From Alphaproteobacteria bacterium (GTDB taxonomy: Bacteria; Pseudomonadota; Alphaproteobacteria; RS24), in the NCBI GenBank assembly GCA_965656255.1, contig CBFHJI010000001.1, positions 8,505-72,504 of the forward strand: 64,000 nucleotides of DNA, in the 5' to 3' direction. The position numbers were made by a program, and so were the translations under genes. Positions 41,744 through 51,051 of this stretch are shown piece by piece. The notes under the pieces were generated by a model. It was not told where the DNA came from and searched no databases. It saw only the letters and a list, made by a program, of their open reading frames with translations. Within the stretch, counting starts at the first letter, position 1, and every line of letters starts with the position of its first letter.

Positions 41744-42028
41744 ATGAGTGTCAGTGACAGGGATGAAAAACCCATAATAATAGATGCCACGGGCTTAAGC
41801 TGCCCACTACCTGTTTTGCGCGTACAAAAAGCCATTGGCAGCTTAAACTCAGGTGATAAGGTCACACTCCACGCAACCGATCCTATGAGTTGGCTAGATA
41901 TCCCCCATTATTGCCAACAATCTGGACATGAATTGATCAGCCAAATAAAACAGCCTCACCCTAAAAATGCCACGGGTGGCAGCAACGCCTATGACACGGT
42001 CTATATTTTTGATATTCGGCATAAGTAA
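41744..42028 (+). CDS. TusA/SirA family sulfurtransferase-like protein
   Basis: Conserved DATGLSCPLPVLRVQKAI motif (the CPxP cysteine). Confidence 0.8.
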   Translation: MSVSDRDEKPIIIDATGLSCPLPVLRVQKAIGSLNSGDKVTLHATDPMSWLDIPHYCQQSGHELISQIKQPHPKNATGGSNAYDTVYIFDIRHK

Positions 42029-42040
42029 GCCCGAACTCAA

Positions 42041-42385
42041 CTAGACCAAAGCCGCCTTCAACCTATCGTCGAACCCAATAAAGACATCATTACCAAGCTC
42101 AACAACGGGACGCTTAATCAAAGACGTATTTTCTAATATGAGAATATGAGCTGAGGTGGGATCATCCATCATGGATTGCTGAGCGGGCGTTAATTTGCGC
42201 CATGTTGTCCCGCGCTTATTAACCAATTTATCAATACCGCTTTTGTCTATCCAATGAAGAAGCTGATCTTCGCTCAGACCATCTTTTTTAAAATCATGGA
42301 TAACGGCCTCAATTCCGTTTTCTTTGCACCAGCTCAAGGCCTTTTTACAGCCATCACAATTGCGCAATCCAAAAAGTGTGATCAC
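42041..42385 (-). CDS. ArsC/Spx-family reductase-like protein (YffB-type)
   Basis: ITLFGLRNCDGCKKA N-terminus and KRGTTWRKL motif. The GTG start overlaps the upstream stop (GTGA). Confidence 0.8.
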   Translation of the reverse strand: MITLFGLRNCDGCKKALSWCKENGIEAVIHDFKKDGLSEDQLLHWIDKSGIDKLVNKRGTTWRKLTPAQQSMMDDPTSAHILILENTSLIKRPVVELGNDVFIGFDDRLKAALV

Positions 42386-43110
42386 TTCGCGCCCATAAAT
42401 TGCATTATACGCATAGACGTATCGCGATAGACGTCGGGTTTGCCAATTTTTAACTCAGACCGCACTTGCTCTAACGGCAAGGTTAGGAGACGCTCCCAAT
42501 CCGCAGCACCCAACCAGTTAGCTTGCTTGCCCATCCGAAAACCTTCACGAATAGCAGGCCAAGCGGCAATGCTTGGTGCTTGACTGCGCATAATTTTGAG
42601 CCCGAAGAAGATAATAAACAAAAATCCCCAATTTCCCATTTGGCGATAGGTAAAGGCTAATAGAGATAATTCACCTAAAGCATCACGCCCATAGCCAGTT
42701 GTCACATGCCAGAGATCATGCGCGTCACGCGAACGCTCGCGAAATCGTTTTTCATCTGCAGAGAGAATTTCAACGCTCATGCGCCCATCGACACTTGCAT
42801 CGACCAAACCGTCCGCTGTGATCTGCTCGGTTTCAGTGAAGTCATAATATTTTTGACCCAAGCTGCCCATAGGCAAGGTTTTTAACCATGCGCGGTCGGA
42901 TAAATAATCCAGAAGCGTTTTATCTGCGGACAAAATAGCTTGGCTCTGCTGGCTTGCCATGAAACGAGCAAATGTTTTCTTGCCAGACCTGCGCCCCAAC
43001 GCTTCTAGGATAATAAAGACTTGCTTTGTGTCTTCTTTGTCAGCAATGAGCAGGCGTATGGCCTGCATGATGCGGATGAAACGAAATTTAGAGTAACGAA
43101 ATTCAGTCAT
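42382..43110 (-). CDS. Coq4 family protein
   Basis: The sequence AHDLWHVTTGYGRDALGE contains the Coq4 HDxxH-x11-E zinc-ligand motif. Confidence 0.75.
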   Translation of the reverse strand: MTEFRYSKFRFIRIMQAIRLLIADKEDTKQVFIILEALGRRSGKKTFARFMASQQSQAILSADKTLLDYLSDRAWLKTLPMGSLGQKYYDFTETEQITADGLVDASVDGRMSVEILSADEKRFRERSRDAHDLWHVTTGYGRDALGELSLLAFTYRQMGNWGFLFIIFFGLKIMRSQAPSIAAWPAIREGFRMGKQANWLGAADWERLLTLPLEQVRSELKIGKPDVYRDTSMRIMQFMGAK

Positions 43111-43248
43111 TATAATCTCATGATCTACTATTAAATTGCCAGGACGAGCCCAAGCCCATTACGGGTGATATTAGCGAAAAACCTAACAGATGGAAAGCCG
43201 CAGCGCAGCTTAGATGCGCGAATATTGAATAATGGATTATTTGTCGCA

Positions 43249-43335
43249 TGGTGCCCTTGGCCAGACTTGAACTGGCACTCTCGTGAAAGAAACGGATTTT
43301 GAATCCGTCGCGTCTACCGATTCCGCCACAAGGGC
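43249..43335 (-). tRNA. tRNA-Leu (anticodon CAA)
   Basis: The reverse complement GCCCTTGTGGCGGAATCGGTAGACGCGACGGATTCAAAATCCGT...GCCAGTTCAAGTCTGGCCAAGGGCACCA folds with a long variable arm, loop TTCAAAA and encoded CCA. Confidence 0.9.
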
Positions 43336-43493
43336 TCCAAAGCGAGAGGCTGTTATACGCGGTGATACCGTTCACGTCTATGCCTTAAGCCAAATCGAAG
43401 ACAAGTTTTTTTAATATGGGCATTTACCTGAAACGCCTTAATTATCTTATAATCGCACTTTGCGAAGCACAATTTAAAGGTTACTCTCCCGCC

Positions 43494-44075
43494 ATGTTGA
43501 GAAAGCTCTATAATTGGACAATGTCATTGGCGGCACATAAACATGCCTCACCTGCCCTTGCCGTCGTGTCTTTTAGTGAAAGTTCTTTCTTCCCGATCCC
43601 CCCCGATATTTTATTACTGCCCATGGTTATCAACCAAAGGCAAAAGGCCTGGTTCCTTGCCAGCCTATGCACAATTTCTTCTGTGCTTGGCGGCTTAATG
43701 GGCTATGCGATCGGCTATTATTTCTTTGCCCTTATCGGTGAGCCGGTTTTAGCATTTTACAATGGGCAGGCAGCATTTGAAAAATTCACAGCTATTTATG
43801 GGACCTGGGGTGCTTGGGTTGTCTTGGCAGCAGCTGTTTCTTTTATTCCTTTTAAAATTGCCACGATTGCAAGTGGCGTAGCTGGACTGCCGCTCTTGCC
43901 GTTTTTAATCGCAAGTACCGTTGGTCGAGCGACACGCTTTTTTGCGGTTGCGGCTTTGGCTTATTTTTTCGGGCCAACTGTGCGTCATTTTGTTGAGCGT
44001 CACTTCACTTGGGTTAGCCTTGTTTTGCTTGGCCTATTAATTGGCGGATTTTTATTAATCGGAAAACTCTCATGA
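43494..44075 (+). CDS. YqaA/DedA-family membrane protein
   Basis: SFSESSFFPIPPDILL motif and multiple TM segments. Start chosen at MLRKLYNW. Confidence 0.7.
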   Translation: MLRKLYNWTMSLAAHKHASPALAVVSFSESSFFPIPPDILLLPMVINQRQKAWFLASLCTISSVLGGLMGYAIGYYFFALIGEPVLAFYNGQAAFEKFTAIYGTWGAWVVLAAAVSFIPFKIATIASGVAGLPLLPFLIASTVGRATRFFAVAALAYFFGPTVRHFVERHFTWVSLVLLGLLIGGFLLIGKLS

Positions 44076-44533
44076 TCACAACAAAACCAAATCAACTTGC
44101 GCTTGGACTAGCCTGCCTGACCATTATAATAGCGCTCCTAAGTGAGCATATTGGCGGCCTGGTACCATGCGATTTATGCCTTAAACAACGCATCGCTTAT
44201 TATATTGGTATTCCAGTCCTGATCATTGCTTGCTGGCAAAGTTTTACATGGCGCCCATTGGCAGCCAGACTTGGCGGCCTAATTTTTTTAACGAGCGCTG
44301 CCTTTGGTTTTTTCCATGCCGGGGTTGAATATGGGTTCTGGGACGGCCCCAGTACATGTCGTCAAGCTATTGTAATGCCAGACACTATCGATGATTTAGA
44401 AGCCATGCTGTCACAAGCCGTTGTTAGCTGTAGTGAACCTGCCTTTGTGCTTTTTGGCATTTCAATGGCAGGCTATAATTTTCTTGTCAGCATGCTCATC
44501 GCTATTTTAAGTTGGCGCGGCCGAAACCAATAA
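44072..44533 (+). CDS. Disulfide bond formation protein B family
   Basis: Four TM segments, a CDLC pair in loop 1 and a second Cys pair (C...C) in loop 2. ATGA overlap with the upstream gene. Confidence 0.7.
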   Translation: MITTKPNQLALGLACLTIIIALLSEHIGGLVPCDLCLKQRIAYYIGIPVLIIACWQSFTWRPLAARLGGLIFLTSAAFGFFHAGVEYGFWDGPSTCRQAIVMPDTIDDLEAMLSQAVVSCSEPAFVLFGISMAGYNFLVSMLIAILSWRGRNQ

Positions 44534-44555
44534 CTGGAAAACGGGGAATATAAAA

Positions 44556-45089
44556 ATGTCATCGCAACTTAAGGAAATGCTCCGAGTCGATCACGCTGGT
44601 GAATATGGTGCTGTCCGGATTTATGACGGCCAAGTTGCAGTCTTTAAGGGCCGACCTGACAAACAGCATCTTGTTGATATGATTTCGCATATGGCCGAAC
44701 AAGAGCAAACCCATCTCAAAAAATTTGATGAACTGCTCGTTGAACATGATGTGCGACCAACAGCCCTCGCGCCACTTTGGAATATTGCTGGATTTGCCTT
44801 GGGTGCAACAACAGCTCTTATGGGCGAACGCGCCGCTATGGCATGCACAGCCGCTGTTGAGGAAGTGATCGACGCGCATTATGCCGAACAAATCAAAGAT
44901 TTAGAGAGCTCGTCTCGCCACAATAAATCTGAGATCATAGATACGATTAAAGCTTTTAGGGAAGATGAGATCGCACATCGGGACACGGCGCTTGAAAATG
45001 GCGCTGAGCAAGCACCCGCATACACATTATTACGAGCCGCTATTCGATTTGGATGTCACACGGCGATTAAAATATCTCAAAAAATATAG
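44556..45089 (+). CDS. coq7: Demethoxyubiquinone hydroxylase (Coq7 family di-iron carboxylate)
   Basis: LRVDHAGEYGA N-terminus and repeated E..H motifs (EEQTHL, EVIDAHY, EDEIAHRD). Confidence 0.85.
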   Translation: MSSQLKEMLRVDHAGEYGAVRIYDGQVAVFKGRPDKQHLVDMISHMAEQEQTHLKKFDELLVEHDVRPTALAPLWNIAGFALGATTALMGERAAMACTAAVEEVIDAHYAEQIKDLESSSRHNKSEIIDTIKAFREDEIAHRDTALENGAEQAPAYTLLRAAIRFGCHTAIKISQKI

Positions 45090-45130
45090 ACAAACACAGT
45101 CATTAGCCAACAGAGTCATGAACGAACCGA

Positions 45131-45727
45131 TCACGGTTCCAGTTCGCTGTCCCAATAAAGATAATCCTGCCAGCTATCATGCATATAATTTGGCGGAAAC
45201 CGGCGACCAATGTCGTCTAGCTCATAGACTGTTGGTTTTCGTGGATCTTTGCGCGGAAACATAGCGGCCTGTTTGGGCAAACGCCCGCCTTTGCGTAAAT
45301 TACAGGGCGAACAAGCTGCCACAACATTCTCCCATGTTGTGCGACCTCCAGCACGGCGCGGAATGACATGATCAAAAGTAAGATCGCTAGACGCATTGCA
45401 ATATTGGCACGCAAATCCATCACGCAAGAAAACATTAAACCGCGTGAAGGCAGGAAACTGAGGGCGCTTCACATAAGCTTTTAATGAAACAACGCTCGGT
45501 AATGCAAATTCAGCACTTGGCGAATGGACTTTAGTTTCATATTCAGAAACAACATTAACGCGGTCCATAAAAACAGCCTTAAGCGCATCTTGCCACGACC
45601 AGAGGGAAAGCGGATAGTAACTTAATGGCCGAAAATCGGCATTGAGGACAAGCGCAGGACATGTGTCGGGATGCGTGAAACGTGCCGGATCAAATGTAGT
45701 CACATCCAAGGGCTGGGCTTGCGTCAT
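45131..45727 (-). CDS. HNH endonuclease domain protein
   Basis: CQYCNASSDLTFDHVIPRRAGGRTTWENVVAACSPCNLRKG, an HNH motif with a CxxC...CxxC zinc site. Confidence 0.8.
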   Translation of the reverse strand: MTQAQPLDVTTFDPARFTHPDTCPALVLNADFRPLSYYPLSLWSWQDALKAVFMDRVNVVSEYETKVHSPSAEFALPSVVSLKAYVKRPQFPAFTRFNVFLRDGFACQYCNASSDLTFDHVIPRRAGGRTTWENVVAACSPCNLRKGGRLPKQAAMFPRKDPRKPTVYELDDIGRRFPPNYMHDSWQDYLYWDSELEP

Positions 45728-45747
45728 GCTGAGCCTTTGACGGGCTT

Positions 45748-45777
45748 AACAACGAATCGAAAAACAACGAATCGAAA
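45748..45777. repeat. Perfect 2 x 15-bp tandem direct repeat (AACAACGAATCGAAA)
   Basis: Read directly from the sequence. Copy 1 is 45748-45762 and copy 2 is 45763-45777, beginning 21 nt upstream of the HNH start codon. Confidence 0.9.
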
Positions 45778-46019
45778 AAAAGTTTTCATCATTTAAAAAT
45801 GTTGCCACGATAATCAACGAAAGCCAAGAAAATAAGAAAATTCATAAGCGCGCCAGAAAATGACTTGCCATATGATTTCACTTTGAAACGAGGCGGACCA
45901 TGCCGTAAAAGGCCTTACTAAATAAAGGGCACGCAAAAATGCCGCAGAGCCATGCGCGGGTTTGTCCCGAAAAAAACTAATCCACAAACAGATGCACTAA
46001 ATAGAAAGATAAAATCAAA

Positions 46020-46673
46020 CTATTTGGAAATAACCAAACCCTCGTCTTTTTTGTTCAGACAATGCCCATAATAACGCCATAACATATAAGCTGCCGCAGA
46101 CCGCAAAGGCTGCCACTTAAGCGCAATCTCATCCAGCGCCTCTGGCTTGGGACGGGCTTCAAGGCCAAGCAGGCGCCGATAACCTTCTTGAAGGGCTAAA
46201 TCACCGGCAGGAAAACTATCGGCCCGTTGCATACCAAACATTAAATATATATTTGCTGTCCACGGACCGATTCCCTTAAGCGCGAGCAGACGCGCACGAA
46301 CCGCGTCATCTGATGCCTTAGAGAGCTGTCGTAAATCCAACTGCCCGGACGTGATCTCTTTTGCTATGCCATAAATATAAGAATATTTTTGACCGGATAA
46401 ACCGTTCGCCCGCGCCTCAGTCTCCGATAAATTCAAAAAAGCCTCAGCTGTTACCTCTGGCAGACAAGCGCTTACCTTCGTCTCGATACTTTTAGCTGCA
46501 GCCGTAGACACTTGTTGGCCGATTAACATTGAGAACAATCCGGAAAACCCTGCTTTGTGCTTTCGAATGACCGGCTGCCCCGCCTCACGCAAAGCGCGCG
46601 CCATGTCGGCATCTTGGGTTGCCAATATATCCAGAGCGCTATTGAGCTCTTTTTGTGTTTTGATATGTTTCAT
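46020..46673 (-). CDS. DNA-3-methyladenine glycosylase II-like (HhH-GPD family)
   Basis: HhH-GPD hallmark LKGIGPWTANIYLMF with a downstream Asp (FPAGDLAL). Start chosen at MKHIKTQ. Confidence 0.8.
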   Translation of the reverse strand: MKHIKTQKELNSALDILATQDADMARALREAGQPVIRKHKAGFSGLFSMLIGQQVSTAAAKSIETKVSACLPEVTAEAFLNLSETEARANGLSGQKYSYIYGIAKEITSGQLDLRQLSKASDDAVRARLLALKGIGPWTANIYLMFGMQRADSFPAGDLALQEGYRRLLGLEARPKPEALDEIALKWQPLRSAAAYMLWRYYGHCLNKKDEGLVISK

Positions 46674-46696
46674 GGCAGGTATTATTAGCGAGCAGC

Positions 46697-47653
46697 ATGA
46701 CGAGGACAAGAGCCATAATGGATCAGCAAGATTTTATCACACGTTTTGCCCCCAGCCCCAATGGACGGCTTCATTTGGGGCATGCCTATTCAGCCTGCCT
46801 CGCGCATGACATGGCAAAACAACGTGATGGCCAGTTTATTCTGCGAATTGAAGATATTGATATAGGTCGATCACGCGATCATTTTAGGGAGGCTATCTTT
46901 GAAGACCTCAACTGGCTTGGTCTCGACTGGTCGACACCGGTCATACAGCAGTCAAAGCGCTTTGGCATTTACAAAGCCGCACTCACACGCTTGAACGATA
47001 TGGGTGTTATCTATCCATGCTGGGCCACCCGTGCTGAAATTCGTGCGCATATAGATGCGCTCCCAGGCGGCATAAAACATTGGCCGCGCGACCCAGATGG
47101 CGCACCTATTTATCCTAAACTCTACAGCGATATTTCTGAACACGAACGACGCGACCACATGTGGGAAGGCCGGGATTATGCTTGGCGGTTAAATATCGAA
47201 AAACTTCAGCTGATGGCTGAAACCATAAATGGGGGGCCATTATTTTTTCGTGAAGTCGATTTACTAAACCAAAATGAGTGTGAAACGATAAAAGTCGATG
47301 CACGTGCATTTGGAGACGTCATCATCGCCAGAAAAGACATACCTACGAGTTATCATTTAAGCGTGGTCATTGATGATGACGCACAAAACATAACGCAAGT
47401 GATCCGAGGGCAAGACCTAAAGGCCGCAACCCATATTCACCGCTTATTGCAATCTGTGCTCGACTTAAAAGTCCCTCACTATCACCACCACCCTCTCCTA
47501 TATTGGTCGGGTGGGCGGCGTTTATCGAAAACAGCTGGCGATATTGGATTTAGATCCATGCTTGGTGACAGCGCAAAAGCGGCACAAATCCGAGCACTGC
47601 TTCCGCCCCCTATTGGTCACGGCGCGTTTGATCAGAAAATTGAAATTAAATAA
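46697..47653 (+). CDS. gluQ: tRNA glutamyl-Q(34) synthetase (GluQRS)
   Basis: FAPSPNGRLHLGHAYSA (HIGH motif), a truncated GluRS catalytic domain and an LSKTAG (KMSKS-like) motif. Confidence 0.85.
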   Translation: MTRTRAIMDQQDFITRFAPSPNGRLHLGHAYSACLAHDMAKQRDGQFILRIEDIDIGRSRDHFREAIFEDLNWLGLDWSTPVIQQSKRFGIYKAALTRLNDMGVIYPCWATRAEIRAHIDALPGGIKHWPRDPDGAPIYPKLYSDISEHERRDHMWEGRDYAWRLNIEKLQLMAETINGGPLFFREVDLLNQNECETIKVDARAFGDVIIARKDIPTSYHLSVVIDDDAQNITQVIRGQDLKAATHIHRLLQSVLDLKVPHYHHHPLLYWSGGRRLSKTAGDIGFRSMLGDSAKAAQIRALLPPPIGHGAFDQKIEIK

Positions 47654-47800
47654 AGCGAGTTGGCGAGGGCCTAAACCATCAAACCCTCACATCACCAAAG
47701 TGACGTGGAGAAAGATGCGACATTTAAGCTAGCTGATGCCGACTTGCTTTAAATGCTGGTCGGTTTACACTAATGCTGTTGACAGATTGGACGGAGAAAC

Positions 47801-49414
47801 ATGGCGCAGACCGACTGGATCAAATTTAGCAATCAAGCCGCACAAGATGCGACAAATTTTGCGCGCAAAGTCGCCCAATCCGACAGAGGTAACAGTCAAT
47901 TCCTACGTCATGGTTTGGCATGGATCACAACCTATGCCGAAGCTTTGACCCAGGTTGCTCAACTCATCCCTCGTTTGGTTGAAGACAATAAATGCACACC
48001 CCTCGAGGAAGACCTCACGCATATTCTTTTTGGCGAGTATTTAAATCAGCTTATGGGCGGTGTGGCCATGAGCCAAAGTGAAATTATCCGCCCTCATGAC
48101 TTTGGTTTAGACGGCGCCGAGGCTTTTAAGTCTGATGCCAGCCAATATTTTATCCAAAACGGAAACACAGCCAAACGCCGCCTCACTGTCGCGCAGACAC
48201 TCACATCGCAAGGCGACGCACCAGGTGGTGAAGGCGGATTAGATGAAACGCATAATTTAATTCGTGAGCAATTCAGACGTTTTGTTGAAGATAAAGTTGT
48301 GCCTCATGCGCATGGCTGGCACGTCCGCGATGAGCTCATCCCGCTCGAAACAATCTCGGAAATGGCAGATCTTGGCGTCTTTGGGCTTACCATTCCTGAG
48401 AATTATGGCGGGCTTGGCCTTGGCAAAGAGGCCATGTGTGTTGTTTCTGAAGAATTATCGCGCGGCTATATTGGGGTCGGTTCGCTTGGAACGCGCACAG
48501 ATATTGCTGCCGAACTGATTATGCAAAATGGAACAGAGGCGCAAAAAGAAAAATACCTGCCGGCCATTGCCAATGGATCCATTTTACCCACAGCAGTGTT
48601 TACCGAACCCAATATTGGGTCTGACCTCGCGCATTTAAATACACGCGCGACACAATCAGAGGACGGCTTTGAGGTGGTTGGCAATAAAACATGGATTACC
48701 CATGCTGCCCGCGCTGACCTCATGACTTTACTCGTCCGCACAAAACCTGAGCATGACGATCACCGAGGCCTTTCTATGTTATTGGCTGAGAAGCCACGCG
48801 GCTCAGATGATGATCCATTTCCAGTTCACGGCATGAGCGGTGGCGAAATTTCTGTGCTCGGCTATCGCGGCATGAAAGAATATGACATTAGCTTTGATGG
48901 GTTCAAAGTTGCCAAAGACGCTCTTTTAGGGGGTGTTGAGGGGGTTGGCTTTAAACAATTAATGCAAACATTCGAATCCGCCCGTATCCAAACCGCAGCC
49001 CGCGCCATTGGTGTTGCCCAATCGGCTCTTGAGCTAGGGTTAAAATATGCAAATGAGCGCATTCAATTTGGACAACCTATTTTTAACTTTGAGCGCGTTC
49101 ATAGCAAACTCGCGCTTATGGCTGCTGAGATATTTGGCATTCGTCAATTAACCTATTATGCCGCAAGGCAAAAAGACAGCGGCAAACGCTGTGATCTTGA
49201 GGCCGGCATGGCTAAATTATTAGCGGCCAGAACCGCCTGGTCATGTGCCGATAACGCGCTACAAATTCATGGCGGCAATGGGTTTGCAATCGAATACCCT
49301 ATTAGCCGCGTATTGTGCGACGCCCGAATTTTAAGTATTTTTGAGGGTGCCGCAGAGATTCAAGCCGATGTAATCGCAAGACGCCTAAAAGAAATTCATC
49401 AGGAGGCCGCATGA
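47801..49414 (+). CDS. Acyl-CoA dehydrogenase family protein with ~150-aa N-terminal extension
   Basis: ACAD core from about residue 160 (FTEPNIGSDL, QIHGGNGF, EGAAEIQ). I do not recognise the N-terminal region. Confidence 0.85.
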   Translation: MAQTDWIKFSNQAAQDATNFARKVAQSDRGNSQFLRHGLAWITTYAEALTQVAQLIPRLVEDNKCTPLEEDLTHILFGEYLNQLMGGVAMSQSEIIRPHDFGLDGAEAFKSDASQYFIQNGNTAKRRLTVAQTLTSQGDAPGGEGGLDETHNLIREQFRRFVEDKVVPHAHGWHVRDELIPLETISEMADLGVFGLTIPENYGGLGLGKEAMCVVSEELSRGYIGVGSLGTRTDIAAELIMQNGTEAQKEKYLPAIANGSILPTAVFTEPNIGSDLAHLNTRATQSEDGFEVVGNKTWITHAARADLMTLLVRTKPEHDDHRGLSMLLAEKPRGSDDDPFPVHGMSGGEISVLGYRGMKEYDISFDGFKVAKDALLGGVEGVGFKQLMQTFESARIQTAARAIGVAQSALELGLKYANERIQFGQPIFNFERVHSKLALMAAEIFGIRQLTYYAARQKDSGKRCDLEAGMAKLLAARTAWSCADNALQIHGGNGFAIEYPISRVLCDARILSIFEGAAEIQADVIARRLKEIHQEAA

Positions 49415-49605
49415 CAACCCTTTCTTTTCTTATTCCCATCGGCCTTGGTGCCGTTGTTGTCGTGCTTTTAATGGGACTTTACAACATGATGCGTGGTGGC
49501 AGCGCCAATCTTTCCCAAAAACTTATGCGTTGGCGGGTCGGACTCCAATTTGCAGTTGTCGTCTTGGTTATGTTGTTCTTTTATTTCTCACAAGGAAACG
49601 CTTAA
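49411..49605 (+). CDS. HIG1-domain twin-transmembrane-helix small protein
   Basis: Two TM helices with the RWRVGLQ motif typical of HIG1-type small proteins. ATGA overlap, with AGGAGG inside the upstream gene's end. Confidence 0.7.
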   Translation: MTTLSFLIPIGLGAVVVVLLMGLYNMMRGGSANLSQKLMRWRVGLQFAVVVLVMLFFYFSQGNA

Positions 49606-50178
49606 TTGGTTAAATTAACGAAAATTTACACCAAAACGGGTGATGACGGGGCTACCAGCTTGGCCGATGGCGCCCGGCGCCCCAAAAATGATGCCCGCAT
49701 AAAAGCTTATGGCACAATTGATGAAGCCAATTCAGCGCTGGGCATTGCCAAGCTTCATCTTGAAGAGCCCGTCTTAGGCATTATTTTGGCTCTCCAGAAC
49801 GATTTATTTGACGTCGGAGCCGATCTCGCCACACCAAACAGTGTTGGGGACAAGGCTTTGCGTGTCACTCAAGCACAAGTTTTGCGCCTTGAAGCAGAAA
49901 TTGATCAATTAAATGCAGACCTTAGCCCATTGAATTCATTCATTTTACCTGGCGGTACGCATGGCGCGGCCTATTTGCACTTAGCGCGCACAATATTACG
50001 CCGTGCCGAGCGTGAAATTATTGAAATGCAAGAGAATCCGGGCGAAGAAGCCAGCCTCACATTACGACAATTTGTTAATAGAGCGTCAGATTTAGCCTTT
50101 GTCGCCGCCCGCTGGGCTAATGATAAGGGCGCTTGTGATGTTTTGTGGCAACCCGCAAAGAACCAAACATCATCATAG
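49606..50178 (+). CDS. PduO-type ATP:cob(I)alamin adenosyltransferase
   Basis: VKLTKIYTKTGDDGATSL N-terminus typical of PduO-type ATR. A TTG start immediately follows the upstream stop. Confidence 0.85.
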   Translation: MVKLTKIYTKTGDDGATSLADGARRPKNDARIKAYGTIDEANSALGIAKLHLEEPVLGIILALQNDLFDVGADLATPNSVGDKALRVTQAQVLRLEAEIDQLNADLSPLNSFILPGGTHGAAYLHLARTILRRAEREIIEMQENPGEEASLTLRQFVNRASDLAFVAARWANDKGACDVLWQPAKNQTSS

Positions 50179-50301
50179 GTCTAAAACTGGTGTGATTTGC
50201 CGCAGATACCTTATATGAGAGGGTTTGACTTGCGAGCGCGCTCGGCGTAGTTTCTGCTTCATAACGGCCTATATAGGCAATGTGACTTCAGGAGAAAAAA
50301 C

Positions 50302-51051
50302 ATGAAAGTATTAGTGCCCGTCAAACGGGTTGTTGATTACAACGTGAAAATCCGAGTAAAGCCCGACCAAACCGGGGTTGATCTTGCAAATGTCAAAATG
50401 TCGATGAACCCATTTTGCGAAATCGCGATCGAAGAAGCTGTCCGTCTCCAAGAGGCCGGAATTGCAACTGAAGTTGTTGTTGTTTCCATTGGACCAGCTC
50501 AAGCACAAGAAACCATCCGCACAGCTCTGGCTATGGGCGCTGATCGCGGTATTTTGGTTAAATCAGACACTGACGTTGAGCCGCTTGCAATTGCCAAGAT
50601 CCTTAAAAAGATTGTTGAAGAAGAGCAGCCCGGCCTCGTCATTCTTGGCAAACAAGCCATTGATGGAGATAATAACCAGACTGGGCAAATGCTCGCAGCA
50701 TTGCTTGGTTGGTCACAAGGCACATTCGCTTCTGAAATCAAACAAGATGGTGATAAACTAACAGTCACCCGCGAGATTGATGGTGGTTTGCAAACCATTA
50801 AACTAGCAACACCAGCGATCGTAACAGCGGATCTTCGTTTGAACGAGCCTCGTTATGCCTCTTTGCCAAACATCATGAAAGCAAAGAAAAAACCAATCGA
50901 TGAAAAAACAACTGACGATTACGGCGTTGATGTTGCACCACGCTTAACTGTCGTGAAAGTGACGGAACCAGCTCAGCGCGAAGCTGGCATCAAAGTCGAA
51001 ACGGTTCAAGAACTTGTATCAAAACTTAAAAATGAAGCGGGGGCATTCTAA
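50302..51051 (+). CDS. etfB: Electron transfer flavoprotein beta subunit
   Basis: [20 protein letters not shown]-terminus, full length. Confidence 0.9.
   Translation: MKVLVPVKRVVDYNVKIRVKPDQTGVDLANVKMSMNPFCEIAIEEAVRLQEAGIATEVVVVSIGPAQAQETIRTALAMGADRGILVKSDTDVEPLAIAKILKKIVEEEQPGLVILGKQAIDGDNNQTGQMLAALLGWSQGTFASEIKQDGDKLTVTREIDGGLQTIKLATPAIVTADLRLNEPRYASLPNIMKAKKKPIDEKTTDDYGVDVAPRLTVVKVTEPAQREAGIKVETVQELVSKLKNEAGAF

Noticed and set aside
43118-43375. 85-aa minus-strand ORF.
   Set aside because: It runs straight through the tRNA-Leu(CAA) gene at 43249..43335 and is an ORF-finder artefact.
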